A stretch of DNA of 64,000 nt, taken from the NCBI GenBank assembly GCA_016699365.1, contig CP064973.1, positions 195 to 64,194 of the forward strand. Reading direction: 5' to 3'. The notes beneath the pieces are model-generated. The model was not told the DNA's origin, made no database searches, and saw nothing but the letters and a program-made list of their open reading frames with translations. Both the position numbers and the translations under genes were made by a program. Origin of the DNA: Candidatus Nomurabacteria bacterium. Lineage in GTDB: Bacteria; Patescibacteriota; Minisyncoccia; Phycocordibacterales; UBA9973. Positions within the stretch are counted from its first letter, which is position 1. Every line of letters starts with the position of its first letter. Of the stretch, positions 24,969 through 35,727 are shown in pieces.

Positions 24969-26594
24969 TCAATCAGTAATTCCCAAAAACCTCAGGATAT
25001 CGGTCGTAGACATAGACTTAAAAGTCTCCAGGCTCACTTTCCAGCGATTACCAGGGAGCATCTTTACATTGCTGTAAGGAACTCCGACATGACCTGTCTT
25101 GTCTATTACAACAAGACCACTTTCAACGATCTGATGGATGAGTCTTTTGAGCATCCTTCTCTCCTCTACCGGATCTTTTTCCGTTCTTACTATAACCTCC
25201 TTTTTATTGGAGATTATATCCTCAAGCCTGTCGATAGCTTTGTGAGCTTCGTCTTCAGTCAAACCTTTCATCAATCTCGCAATTCGAGCTATTGAAGTAG
25301 GTTTTTCTTCTGCTTCTAGTTTTGTCTGATTTTGCAAAACCGTCCTCACAACAAGCATGTCAGTTTTTTCTCCCTCTTTATGAATACTTTTCTGTGAATC
25401 AGGGATCTCACGAGGCATGATTTCATCAGAAACCGGATTTAATGACGGCAACATAAGGTGTTTTTTGTTTGCTGTGACATACTTGTACCCAGCATCCATC
25501 AGCTTTAATGCAAGGTCCTCATAATTGGCTCCGCGTTCAATAGTTATGTACCACATTTTATCATTCACATAAAACCTGTGTGGTTTTAAACCGAGCGCTC
25601 CGAGAAATCTGCCTTTCAAATATCCTGGCTCTGATCTTTCGATTAGCTCAAAGTATGTTATAGACTTTTCTACGAATCTATAGTTAATAATTAGGATACT
25701 CTGGGCATTCTCGTTTACGAACGAGAGTCTAAAGCCGCTTTCTTGTAAACGCTTCTTGAATTTATCGAGCAAGGTAATCCTGTCTGACTTGAAGTTCAAA
25801 ACCATCCTCATATTATTATCATCAGAAATCGGTTTTGACTCAAGGTTCCCATTTTTTCGGTTAAAGAAAATTCCTTGCTCTTCAAGTAAACACTCAAGAG
25901 CCTTTTTGCGTATTGGACGAAAAGTCGCTGAAACTGGAATACGAAGCTTATCGCAATCTACGATAACTTCACCAAAGTTATCGTTCTTTTCCACCAGAAA
26001 AGCACTGCCATCACCATTGATAAGACTACAAAACAATGTAAGTTCTGTGAACTTTACACTATCTGCTCTTTTTGTTAAATCAAAAGATAGACGGAGTGTT
26101 ACCTGATCGCAATCGCAAACATTCTCTTTTGGTATATAAAATACCTTCAAAAGATCTGACGCAACTTCGGGAATTTCGAGCACCTGGTTAACATCAGAAG
26201 AACCAACCTCTTCTATCTCCACTTCTTCAGCAGCTACAGTTTCGACTGATTCATCTTGAATTTCCGGTAAAATAATTTCATCGAGAATAGTATCTTCTTC
26301 TTTTGAAGAAACTACTTTCATTTTATTTACCTCCGGATTTTCAAAATATCCAATCACTTCAATCATTGCATTGTGTTCTTCCTTGTATTGGAGCATCAAA
26401 TCATCGCAAGCCTTCTTTACTCTTGCCGCGTCTTTGAAGTTATATTTAACCTTCAAACTCACCATGTTTGTCACTGGGTTTTTAACCATAGAAAGGTCAA
26501 CATTTGAAAACGTTTTTCGAATCCGTTTTTTTATGCTCCCAATCTTCTCTTCATTAAGTAAAGTTGGTTGAACTTGTGTATTTGTATTTGCCAT
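24969..26594 (-). CDS. Hypothetical 541-aa protein upstream of the ParB-like gene
   Basis: Long ORF with an acidic N-terminal stretch; no family recognised by eye. Confidence 0.5.
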   Translation of the reverse strand: MANTNTQVQPTLLNEEKIGSIKKRIRKTFSNVDLSMVKNPVTNMVSLKVKYNFKDAARVKKACDDLMLQYKEEHNAMIEVIGYFENPEVNKMKVVSSKEEDTILDEIILPEIQDESVETVAAEEVEIEEVGSSDVNQVLEIPEVASDLLKVFYIPKENVCDCDQVTLRLSFDLTKRADSVKFTELTLFCSLINGDGSAFLVEKNDNFGEVIVDCDKLRIPVSATFRPIRKKALECLLEEQGIFFNRKNGNLESKPISDDNNMRMVLNFKSDRITLLDKFKKRLQESGFRLSFVNENAQSILIINYRFVEKSITYFELIERSEPGYLKGRFLGALGLKPHRFYVNDKMWYITIERGANYEDLALKLMDAGYKYVTANKKHLMLPSLNPVSDEIMPREIPDSQKSIHKEGEKTDMLVVRTVLQNQTKLEAEEKPTSIARIARLMKGLTEDEAHKAIDRLEDIISNKKEVIVRTEKDPVEERRMLKRLIHQIVESGLVVIDKTGHVGVPYSNVKMLPGNRWKVSLETFKSMSTTDILRFLGITD

Positions 26595-26677
26595 AACTGT
26601 ATTGGTTTTTTAAATGAACTTATATATACTTTTTACACGTAAAAAGCCTTCTTGTCAAGGAGGCTTTTTGTAATATA

Positions 26678-27926
26678 TTAGTTACATTCTCGGCAATTTG
26701 AATCTATGGACCGATATTTATATCCATCTATAAACATTCCGAAGAGCTTAGGAACCGAGACTATTTCAGCGAAGAATAGGAAGTCTATAAAGTGTCTTAT
26801 GAAATAAGGTATTTTACCGTAAAATGCAAATCTACCTAAAACTAAAGCTCCCCAATTATCCCCCACTGGAATCGAATAAGAGACTTTCTTTTGATTGTAT
26901 CTCTGTAGAGATTTGCCTCTAATTAATCTTGAAATCGCTTTTGCTACATAAGACCCGTCGGACAAAGCAGTTTGTGCTAGTCCAGAAAGTTTTGTGTCAG
27001 CAATATCACCTATTACAAATATTTCACTCTGACCTTTTGCCTGTAGGTACTCATCTACAACAACCCTGCCTCTTGGATTAAGTTCTAGTCCTGATATATT
27101 TTTAACCAAAGGATTTACTTTTGTGCCCGCTGTCCATATGACCGTCTTTGCCTGCATAGACATATCTTTCAAATAAACCTGCTCAACTTCCTCCTTTACC
27201 AAGGTTCTATTCAAAAATAAGTTCATACCTAATTTTCGAAGTCTAGCCTCAACACGTCTTGATACATTCTCAGGTAAAGTAGGTAGAACGCGCGACCCTG
27301 ACTGTATTATGTCTATAGTAACAAGAGATGGATCTACAGAATGATTCTTTGTTAGCTTTTTCATGAATGCAGAAAGGTCTCCTGCAATTTCAACACCCGA
27401 TGGGCCCGCACCAACAATAACTACATGAAAATGCGACACGCACTCTGTCGGAGTTGGATGTTCATGTGGAGAAAAAAGATCATGAAGATGTTTTTTAAGT
27501 CTTAATGCCTCGCTTACTGACTTAAAGCCGAAAGATAGCTCAGGTAAACCTGGCACATCAAAATAAGATGTTTCGCTACCCACCGCTAAAACTATATAGT
27601 CTGCACTATATATAGAACCACTCTCACCAACAACTGTTTTAGAGTCTAAATTAACTTCTATTATTTTATCAACGACAACATCTACAGATTTATCATTAAA
27701 AATATCAGACAATGGAACCAGTGCTTCAATCGGAGAAGCTCCTGTGACCAGACGGTACAATGCAGGATAATACTCAAAATATGGTTTGTTATTTACTAGG
27801 GTTATATGGAGCCTTTCTCTAGAATTCTGCCTTCGCAAATCCATGGCGGTTCTTATGCCACCAAAACCACCCCCTACAATTACAACCCTCTTTTGAGAAA
27901 CAGTGGAATCATTTATTTTCATTACG
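26678..27926 (-). CDS. Type II NADH dehydrogenase-like FAD-dependent oxidoreductase
   Basis: Two Rossmann dinucleotide motifs (VVIVGGGFGG and VVIVGAGPSGVE); start assigned to MKINDS. Confidence 0.7.
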
Positions 27927-28252
27927 CTATTGTAACAGAAATATGTGTTTAATAAAAAATGTAAGATTATAAATATCCATGCGTCATAAAAAGTAGTTAG
28001 ATAAAATACCATGAACATAAATTCACTTTTTACAATAATCCTACTAATATCTGCTTTTTTCATGAGTATCGCAATACTCGAGGCAGTTATGTTTAGTCTC
28101 TTGAAAACTGAGAGGGTAAAGGCAAGAGAGGAAAATAAGCCATAAAATAAGCCAACATCAGCAAGTCGGCTTATTTTGCTAGCTCGATTAGTACCAAAGG
28201 CATATAATGTAGAAAGTGACGTAAGATGAGAGGTATCTTTACGTCATATATA

Positions 28253-28771
28253 ATGAACGAAAAGAACCCTGAAAATTACCAAAAAACCTTCATGGAATGC
28301 TATGAAAACCATAGCGATAGTCTTTTCCGTTACTGTCTATATAAGACTAGTGATAGAGAAAAAGCCCTGGATTTAACCCAAGACGCTTTTATGAAGACAT
28401 GGGAGTATATAGAAGAAGGCAATCAAGTAAAAAACCTAAAATCTTTACTTTTCACAATAGCCAACAACCTGATAATAGATTTCTATAGGAAGAAGAAGAC
28501 CTTATCCCTCGATAAGATAATTGAAGGGGATGTAGATTTTAAAGACGAAAGCTATAAGGACAAGGTTGATGAATACGATACAAATCTCGTAAAATCACTA
28601 CTTCAAGATCTAGATGAAAGTTACAAAGACGTGATTATTATGAGATATATAGAAGACATGACGGTAAAAGAAATAGCCAAAATACTTGGCGAAACAGAAA
28701 ATAATATTTCAGTAAAAATTCACAGAGGAATAGCAAAGGTAAAAGAGAAATTCAATAAAATTAATTTATGA
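28253..28771 (+). CDS. ECF-type RNA polymerase sigma factor (sigma-70 regions 2 and 4)
   Basis: Region 2 DLTQDAFMKTW, region 4 HTH MTVKEIAKILGETENNISVKIHRG. Confidence 0.8.
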   Translation: MNEKNPENYQKTFMECYENHSDSLFRYCLYKTSDREKALDLTQDAFMKTWEYIEEGNQVKNLKSLLFTIANNLIIDFYRKKKTLSLDKIIEGDVDFKDESYKDKVDEYDTNLVKSLLQDLDESYKDVIIMRYIEDMTVKEIAKILGETENNISVKIHRGIAKVKEKFNKINL

Positions 28772-30141
28772 AAGACATAGAATCGATTTTCAAAAAAGCA
28801 AAAGATTCAAAAATGACACCAGAAGAAAAAGATCTGATGCGTTTTCGCGTTTTATCATATACAAATACATATAAACACTATAAATCTTCTGTACTCTCAC
28901 CTTATCTGCAAAATATAAAAAGTGTCTGGAACTTTCAAGGATTCGCAAAAGTTACAGCATCTGCGTTGATTGTAATATTAATCGGCGCAGGATCTTTAAC
29001 TTACGCATCTGAACAAACTCTACCAGGAGATCTTCTCTACCCTATTAAAATACATGTAAAAGAAGAAATCGAAGTTTCTCTGGCTTCTACCGCAGTAAAG
29101 AAAGTAAACGTTCAGAAGGAAAGAATTGAAAAGAGAATTGAAGAGGTAAAAGAAATACAAAAAACAGGAGAACTAACAGAAAAACAAACTGAGACAATAA
29201 AAGAAGCTTTTGTAGACCAAGCCAAAGATCTAAACGACAGTTTTGATGAACTACAAGCTAGTGGTCAAGAAGAAGTGGTAGTAGCAGTAGCAGAAGACCT
29301 ACTCCCAACTTTAGTAGAATTTGAAGCCGAAGCATCAAAAATCAATACCACTGAATCCCAAAATACAGATTCATCAATAGAAGAAGCTCTACCGGAGGAT
29401 ATTTCTATTGCAACAGAAGTTACTCAGATCGATTCTACTGAAGTAAGTACACTAAGCGAAATAACTGAGCCAGAAGCTGGAGACACATTTGCTATCGAAT
29501 TTCAAGACTTAACCTCTAATCTTTCAGAGATAGTCATGATCGAGACTCAAAAAATCCAAGCTCAAGCTACTGAATCTATGGCTGTTATAGATGAAAAAGC
29601 AATTGCTCTAGAGACAAATATAGGCACAGAGGTAACAGAAGAAAATTCTACTGAAACAGGAGCAAGTTCTATCGTAGTAACAAAGATAGCAAAAACAGAC
29701 GAAGCAGGATCAACACCTCTAACATTTGGGGTTATAAATGGAGTTATAAAATTTGAAGCCGTAGATCAAGATAGTTCTATAGCAGAAATATCTTCTGTGG
29801 AAATTCAAAAAAATACTTTATCTGGAGAAATTGTTCTGGATACAAATTGCCCTCTTGGTAACATACTTAAAACTTGCGATACAGATACAAGTCTTTATAT
29901 AAATAGATCTGTAATAATATACAATTACGACAAAACTGAAGTTATATCTATTCTCCCAATAACAGAAAAAGGTACATTCGACACAGAACTTCCTATTGGG
30001 AAATATATTTTAGACACAACAAGTCTTTCTGAAAACGAGACGGCTGTAAATATGCCACTTGAAGTAGAGATAACTTTAGAAAAAGCTACTGTTATAGAGA
30101 TAAATATAGATACAAATAAAACAAAATCTATTCTTCAATAA
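28768..30141 (+). CDS. Membrane-anchored DUF5667-type protein, probable anti-sigma factor partner
   Basis: 4-nt start/stop overlap with the sigma gene, a TM helix, then PGDLLYPIK (DUF5667-like) and a long acidic/Thr-rich extracellular region. Confidence 0.5.
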   Translation: MKDIESIFKKAKDSKMTPEEKDLMRFRVLSYTNTYKHYKSSVLSPYLQNIKSVWNFQGFAKVTASALIVILIGAGSLTYASEQTLPGDLLYPIKIHVKEEIEVSLASTAVKKVNVQKERIEKRIEEVKEIQKTGELTEKQTETIKEAFVDQAKDLNDSFDELQASGQEEVVVAVAEDLLPTLVEFEAEASKINTTESQNTDSSIEEALPEDISIATEVTQIDSTEVSTLSEITEPEAGDTFAIEFQDLTSNLSEIVMIETQKIQAQATESMAVIDEKAIALETNIGTEVTEENSTETGASSIVVTKIAKTDEAGSTPLTFGVINGVIKFEAVDQDSSIAEISSVEIQKNTLSGEIVLDTNCPLGNILKTCDTDTSLYINRSVIIYNYDKTEVISILPITEKGTFDTELPIGKYILDTTSLSENETAVNMPLEVEITLEKATVIEINIDTNKTKSILQ

Positions 30142-30355
30142 GCTCGAACTCATCGGCTTCAGTTTTTGTATTATTTTTATCTTGTTTCAAAACCCTTTTA
30201 GTATAAAAAATACTTCCTACACCCAAAATAATCAAACCCGCAAGACTTAGATAAATATAAGTATTTTTTGGTATGGGAAGATTGGCTGAATTTGCAGATA
30301 TATTTCTGTTATCAATAGTACTTTGTGTATCTATACTTTCATAATTTGAATACAC
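30128..30355 (-). other. C-terminal TM anchor segment, probably the continuation of the LTD-PKD protein across a frameshift at an A5/T5 run (30356-30360)
   Basis: GTG-start 75-aa ORF overlapping the upstream stop; encodes LPIPKN followed by a TM helix and KR; adding one base in the homopolymer fuses it in-frame. Confidence 0.4.
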
Positions 30356-31551
30356 TTTTTACTAGTAGAAATAGGCAATATTCTACTAATGGTGCCTTCT
30401 TCCTGAATCTGAGACTTGGGATATTCATATGCAACTTCCCCAGTTGGGTATCTAAGCAATACTCTAGAAATATTTGATTTAAAATGTGTAGCTTTTGGAG
30501 AAAGAATTATCTTTTTCCCAGCCAAAAGAATAGAGTTTTTCGAAAATCTATACGAAATATTATCGCTTTCAATTACCCAGCCATTTAGATCTTGTTCAAA
30601 TTTGGAAGTATTAGATACTTCTATTGCACCATCTTCTAGTATTTTTAAAACGATAGAGGAATCTACTACTTTTACAACCAATCTATCTGTATCATCTTTT
30701 TCGATACTGTCTACATTGTAATAATCGAGTGTAACAACATATTCACCAGGATAATAATATATGTGTTCAAATTTTTTAGCCGGCTTAAAAGTATACTCAG
30801 TTCCATCTCCCATATTCCATATATAATATCCACCACGACTTAAATCTCCATTATTTTTCTGTAATAGAGAGTCAAATGTTGATGGTAATCCAGAAACAAT
30901 AACAATATCTGATAATATCTCCACGTCTTCTTCTGGTGGAATAAAATCTAATATATCTGCATCTTCTTCTGTTGAACTATAGCTTACAAATTCGTCTGTA
31001 TCACCACCCTCATCAGAAGATGTATTATCACTATCTGAAAATGAAGAATTAGATTCTCCAGGACTCGGATCTCCGCTTGTCCATGTGCCATTTATTTTTG
31101 CCAAACTAGATCCATCACCCGCACCTCCTGTCGTAGAATCATAAGTATAAGAAGCAATAGTTGCACTATTCGCATCCACAAGCGAAACAGTGTCTGAAGT
31201 ATTTGTAAGAGACATGACCGTATCTATAAGATTGCCACTATAACTTGGATATTCCCCGAGGAATACGTTGGCATTTGCAGCAAAGACTATGTATTCAGAA
31301 GGACCTATCTCTAAAGAACCCATTCCTCCATTTGCAGGAGGCTCATTCAGAGTATGATTTGCTCCATCGTTGAATTTCCAACCAGACAAATTCACGGAAT
31401 CAGAACCGGAATTATAAAATTCTACCCATTCAAGATCAGTGTCCGCACCAGAATGATCGTACATAATCTCAGTTACAGAGACTTCAGCCAACACAAAATG
31501 GTGTGTAGTAAAAAATAATACAAAATATAGTAAAACTCTAAAAAATCTCAT
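30331..31551 (-). CDS. Secreted LTD (lamin-tail) plus PKD domain surface protein
   Basis: Signal peptide; LTD motif VTEIMYDHSGADTDLEWVEFYN...LSGW; PKD-like GDGTEYT...YYYPGEYVVTL. Confidence 0.6.
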   Translation of the reverse strand: MRFFRVLLYFVLFFTTHHFVLAEVSVTEIMYDHSGADTDLEWVEFYNSGSDSVNLSGWKFNDGANHTLNEPPANGGMGSLEIGPSEYIVFAANANVFLGEYPSYSGNLIDTVMSLTNTSDTVSLVDANSATIASYTYDSTTGGAGDGSSLAKINGTWTSGDPSPGESNSSFSDSDNTSSDEGGDTDEFVSYSSTEEDADILDFIPPEEDVEILSDIVIVSGLPSTFDSLLQKNNGDLSRGGYYIWNMGDGTEYTFKPAKKFEHIYYYPGEYVVTLDYYNVDSIEKDDTDRLVVKVVDSSIVLKILEDGAIEVSNTSKFEQDLNGWVIESDNISYRFSKNSILLAGKKIILSPKATHFKSNISRVLLRYPTGEVAYEYPKSQIQEEGTISRILPISTSKKCIQIMKV

Positions 31552-31558
31552 GACTTTT

Positions 31559-33580
31559 TTACTCTAATACTTTTCTCAATATATCTTCTGGGATTTCTCT
31601 AGGCTTTTTTGAAACTGTAGTGTTCGCCGGATCTTTCGATACAGGCACTGTATCAGATGATGAATCATTGCTCTCGATTGAACTATTTACCATTCTAGGT
31701 AATACAACTTGTTTTTGTGTCGTAGAAATAGGAGCTGGTGTAGGTGTAGCTTCTACTTTTTTAACAGGAGGAGGTGGTGGAGGTGTGTTGTTTTTGTTTT
31801 CGGCAATAACTTGCGCAAGAACATTTTTTAATGCATTTCTATTTTCGACAGTGGGTTCTTTTTGAGGTATAGGTTTCTTTTTCAAGCCCTCCAGAGATAT
31901 TGGATTTTTAGACACAGCTCCAATATTTGGATTTACAATAGTAGTCTGATTTTGATTTTCTTTTGGCAGATCATCTGTATCTATACGACTTACTAAATCC
32001 TTCAACCCAGAAAAAGGCTTCTTCTCTTCTGGTCTTCTATCAGCTGGTGGGTAGCTGGATTTTTGAACTAAATTAGATGGTTTTGGAGAAGCAGGTTTAT
32101 TGAAAGCTGGTCTTGAAGTACTTTGAACTGGAGCAGTTTGAGGTCTATTGAAAACTGGCTTTGGAGAAAAAGTGCTTGTATTTTGATTTTGACTAAAATT
32201 CTGACTACTACGATTATTTTCAATCGCACCGTTCACACTCGGCCGAGGAGCTCCATCAACAGGAAAGTCTCTTTTTGGTTTTTCAATTACGACTGGTGCA
32301 TGCCATTCCTTTATATTTTCTTCAATATTAGATCTTGGACGTGCGTTGGATTTTCTAGAATTTTCAATTATCTCTTTGGTATAAGATATTGCTGGTTTTT
32401 CAATTGGAGGCATTGAGAGCGCAGAGAAAGGTTTTGAGCCTATACCATTTATCATTAGTCTCAAGTATATCTGGATAAAACCTAAGTTGACTATATCTTC
32501 TGCTGTAAAAACAGGAGAGAATTCTTTTTCAAAAACTTCTGCATCCGTAGCACCGACTCTAAAAATAACCATAGTACCTACGTTTCCAAAAACAGCTGCG
32601 CGAACCTCGTCAGACATCTGCTCTATATACTGGTGAGCGATTGTGAGACTAAGTTTATATTTACGAGCCTCAGACAAAATATCGGCAAAACTATCACTAG
32701 CAAAAGACTGAAACTCGTCAACATAAAAATAGAAGTGTGGAAGTTTTTTTAGTGCATCTGGGCTCGCATCAGCGCGTGACATGGCCGCCAAGTATATCTT
32801 GGTAATAAGCATACCTCCGAGTAGTGCAGCATTTTGTTCACCGACACGTCCTTTTGAGAGGTTCATTATCAATATTTTCTTTTCATCCATTAATTTACGA
32901 ATATCAAAAGACGAATGTGGTTGGCCTATGATGTTACGAATTATTGGGTTTGCGGTAAATTGACCTATTTTGTTTTGAATTGCAGCACCAGCTTCTTGCA
33001 TATAACGATCACCGTATTTTGCAAATTCATCTACCCAAAAAGATTTCACTGATGGATCAGATATATTTTCAACAACTTTTTTTCGAAAATCTTTATCAGC
33101 AAGCATTCTGTTAACTCCAAGTAATGTTGATTCTGGATATTCAAGTAGAGCAAGGAGTATATTGTTCAATATGTATTCCATACGTGCACTCCAAGCGTCC
33201 ACCCAAATCTTTTTGAAAGAACTCATGAGTCCACTTGCCACTAGATGGCGCTTGTCTGCACCAATATCTTCCATAACATTGAAGGATATCGGATAGTCTA
33301 TATCAAAAGGAGCAAAATATACCACATCTTTTAAACGACTCTCTGGAACATAATCAAGCAATTTTTCTGCTGTTCCTCCGTGTGGATCTATAAAAGCCAT
33401 ACCTTCACCGTTTTGGATATCTTGGATAGCCATATTTTCAAGCAGAGTAGACTTTCCCATACCCGTCTTTCCTATAACATACATATGACGAGCTCTGTCT
33501 GTAGCCTTAATACCAAAACGCGTTCGTTTGTTACGATAATCTGTTTCTCCGAAATAAGTTATTTTATCTTCAGGATTCAT
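31559..33580 (-). CDS. VirD4/TraG/TraD-like type IV coupling-protein ATPase with a long disordered Pro/Ser/Asn-rich C-terminal tail
   Basis: Walker A VIGKTGMGKST, Walker B FYFYVDEFQSF, FtsK/HerA-like core; C-terminal roughly 250 aa are low complexity. Confidence 0.55.
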   Translation of the reverse strand: MNPEDKITYFGETDYRNKRTRFGIKATDRARHMYVIGKTGMGKSTLLENMAIQDIQNGEGMAFIDPHGGTAEKLLDYVPESRLKDVVYFAPFDIDYPISFNVMEDIGADKRHLVASGLMSSFKKIWVDAWSARMEYILNNILLALLEYPESTLLGVNRMLADKDFRKKVVENISDPSVKSFWVDEFAKYGDRYMQEAGAAIQNKIGQFTANPIIRNIIGQPHSSFDIRKLMDEKKILIMNLSKGRVGEQNAALLGGMLITKIYLAAMSRADASPDALKKLPHFYFYVDEFQSFASDSFADILSEARKYKLSLTIAHQYIEQMSDEVRAAVFGNVGTMVIFRVGATDAEVFEKEFSPVFTAEDIVNLGFIQIYLRLMINGIGSKPFSALSMPPIEKPAISYTKEIIENSRKSNARPRSNIEENIKEWHAPVVIEKPKRDFPVDGAPRPSVNGAIENNRSSQNFSQNQNTSTFSPKPVFNRPQTAPVQSTSRPAFNKPASPKPSNLVQKSSYPPADRRPEEKKPFSGLKDLVSRIDTDDLPKENQNQTTIVNPNIGAVSKNPISLEGLKKKPIPQKEPTVENRNALKNVLAQVIAENKNNTPPPPPPVKKVEATPTPAPISTTQKQVVLPRMVNSSIESNDSSSDTVPVSKDPANTTVSKKPREIPEDILRKVLE

Positions 33581-33583
33581 GCT

Positions 33584-34669
33584 TTATGTACGTGTTATTG
33601 AAAATTTTGACATATCTTGAGCTGTACCAATTATGCGGAACACCTCACCTCTAGAAGTTTTTCGTACTGAACATATGGAAAGAATTTTTTTAGATTTTGT
33701 ACCTGAGATCAATATTCTATATAAAATATCAAAAGAATCTAACTGCCCAGCAATAGCTTTATTAAAAGCAATTTTTACTTCCTGTAAATCTTCTGGATGT
33801 ATAGAATTCCAAAAAGTATCAGGAACGATCTTAGAGTTTTGGTCTACCTCAAATATACTGAACATTTGATCATTCCAGGCAAGCTCATTGGAAGATATAT
33901 TTAAATTCCATCTACCCAAGTGAACTATTCCTTCTGTTTCAAGTAGATACTCCTGACTTGCACGCAAGCTTTCATTGTCTTTGTGAAGTAGCTCTATGTT
34001 CCCTACCGAATTTTTCAGATAGAGCATAAGGACAATCAAGAAGGCACACATGAGCAAAGTCACGAAGCCAACTATCAATCGAACAGAAAGTATTTTATCA
34101 GACCAATATAAAGCATCAACATCTATTCCAATTATCGCAAGGGTCTCTCTACTTTCGCTATCAATTATAGGTGCATAAGCTGAAACCCAATCACCCCATT
34201 TATCAGAATAAGGACCCTCAACAAAAGCAAGTCCTTTCTTGAAATTTTCAACTTCAATTGGAAGTGTCTCCTCGTACACATCTCCAGGTGCAGAATAATC
34301 TTCTGTACCAGGAGATTCAGAATCAACAAAGAAGAATAATTTTTCTCCGTTCAATCCCATCAAATAAGTAAAGTTTGCGTCTGGATTTGTGCTCTTCAAT
34401 TCAGACATCTGATCTTTTAATTTTTGATATGTAGGATTTTCTAGGTCCGCTTCTCCACCAGAAAGAGCTTTAACGTCACCAGGTTCAATTAGGATTGCTG
34501 CATTTTTAGCCCTAATTAGAAGTCTCTCTCGCTCATTCTCATCTACCTTGCTACCTATAATAACAGTTGCAAAAATACCTAATGCAATAAAAAATACACT
34601 TATCCAAACAGATGTTAGTAAAAAATTTCTATTACTTTTTGTGATTGTATAGTGCGATGAAGAGATCAT
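33584..34669 (-). CDS. Membrane sensor protein with an extracytoplasmic Cache-like domain and a cytoplasmic PAS domain, no output domain
   Basis: TM helix; periplasmic domain with DKWGDWVSAYAPI (Cache-like); second TM; PAS-like WNDQMFSIFE...IHPEDL...EYRIL-type C-terminus. Confidence 0.5.
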   Translation of the reverse strand: MISSSHYTITKSNRNFLLTSVWISVFFIALGIFATVIIGSKVDENERERLLIRAKNAAILIEPGDVKALSGGEADLENPTYQKLKDQMSELKSTNPDANFTYLMGLNGEKLFFFVDSESPGTEDYSAPGDVYEETLPIEVENFKKGLAFVEGPYSDKWGDWVSAYAPIIDSESRETLAIIGIDVDALYWSDKILSVRLIVGFVTLLMCAFLIVLMLYLKNSVGNIELLHKDNESLRASQEYLLETEGIVHLGRWNLNISSNELAWNDQMFSIFEVDQNSKIVPDTFWNSIHPEDLQEVKIAFNKAIAGQLDSFDILYRILISGTKSKKILSICSVRKTSRGEVFRIIGTAQDMSKFSITRT

Positions 34670-34712
34670 TGATTTTTATATTATAACACGAAAGAAACTG
34701 AAAAATACAGTA

Positions 34713-35723
34713 TTATTCAATCTTAAAACCTATTTTATATATATCGAGCAGCGCGTATAGAAGACTTATTGTAAGTGGTCCAACAATAAATCCTATTGGC
34801 CCAAAAACAGAAAGACCTCCAAGTACTGACAACAAGACAAACAAAGGGTGTATGTTTACACCACGACCGACCAAATACGGATTCAATACGTTGTCTATCA
34901 ATCCAACTATAAGCATAGACCATATAGTCAAACCAAGAGCAGGGAAAAATTGTTCATTTATAAACAAAAATAGTATAGAAGGACCAAGAACCAAAGATGT
35001 GCCTACACTTGGTACAAGAGCTGTAAAAAAAGCGAGTGACCCCCACAGAGCTGGATTAGGCACTCCAAATATTGCCAAACCCACTCCAGTTAGAACCCCT
35101 TGGATTAAAGCAATTGTGAGAGAACCTCTAATAACAGAATTCACAGCACGCTTGAGTCTACCCAATATTTCATTGTCATAAGTGTCTCCAAGAGGACTTA
35201 GTTTAACCAAAGTTTTTTCAAACTGCTCCCCATCTTTGAAAAAGAAGAACAGTGCAAAAAGTGTAATTCCAAAAAACACAAAAGTATGAAAGGTTCCACT
35301 AAAAATTGCTCCTAGATTATCTCCTAGTGTTCCAGAAAATTTAACTATATATTCACTAATCTGTTCTGCACCGCCCGGCAGAATCTTTTCAAGAGGAGCT
35401 TCAATTTCAGAAATCAAACTTGCAACAGGACTGACTCCTTGATCTGGATTAGTAAAATTTTTTGTCTGAATAATAACTTCTCTTCCTATAAAAGATAGTG
35501 GCACTGACAAAAGAATTATCAGCACAAAACTAGCTAAAAATGCTGAAATTCCTCTGTGTTTAAAAGTTTTAACGAATTTTTTATAAACAGGCTGCATAAC
35601 CACAGCAAAAGTAGCCGCAACAATCAGAGATGATATAAACGGCACAAATATAAAAACAGTTAGAACGAAAACTAAAAATAACAAACCGTAGAAAAAATGT
35701 CTTTGAACTGATTTTGGATGCAT
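34713..35723 (-). CDS. AI-2E family transporter (PerM/UPF0118)
   Basis: 8-TM architecture and conserved N-terminal region typical of the AI-2E family. Confidence 0.65.
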   Translation of the reverse strand: MHPKSVQRHFFYGLLFLVFVLTVFIFVPFISSLIVAATFAVVMQPVYKKFVKTFKHRGISAFLASFVLIILLSVPLSFIGREVIIQTKNFTNPDQGVSPVASLISEIEAPLEKILPGGAEQISEYIVKFSGTLGDNLGAIFSGTFHTFVFFGITLFALFFFFKDGEQFEKTLVKLSPLGDTYDNEILGRLKRAVNSVIRGSLTIALIQGVLTGVGLAIFGVPNPALWGSLAFFTALVPSVGTSLVLGPSILFLFINEQFFPALGLTIWSMLIVGLIDNVLNPYLVGRGVNIHPLFVLLSVLGGLSVFGPIGFIVGPLTISLLYALLDIYKIGFKIE

Positions 35724-35727
35724 ATAT

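Noticed and set aside
28100-28225. Hairpin taagccaacatcagcaagtcggctta upstream of the ECF sigma gene, considered as a terminator
   Set aside because: No upstream co-directional gene ends here (the ndh-like gene starts divergently). It may be regulatory, but there is no basis to call it a terminator.
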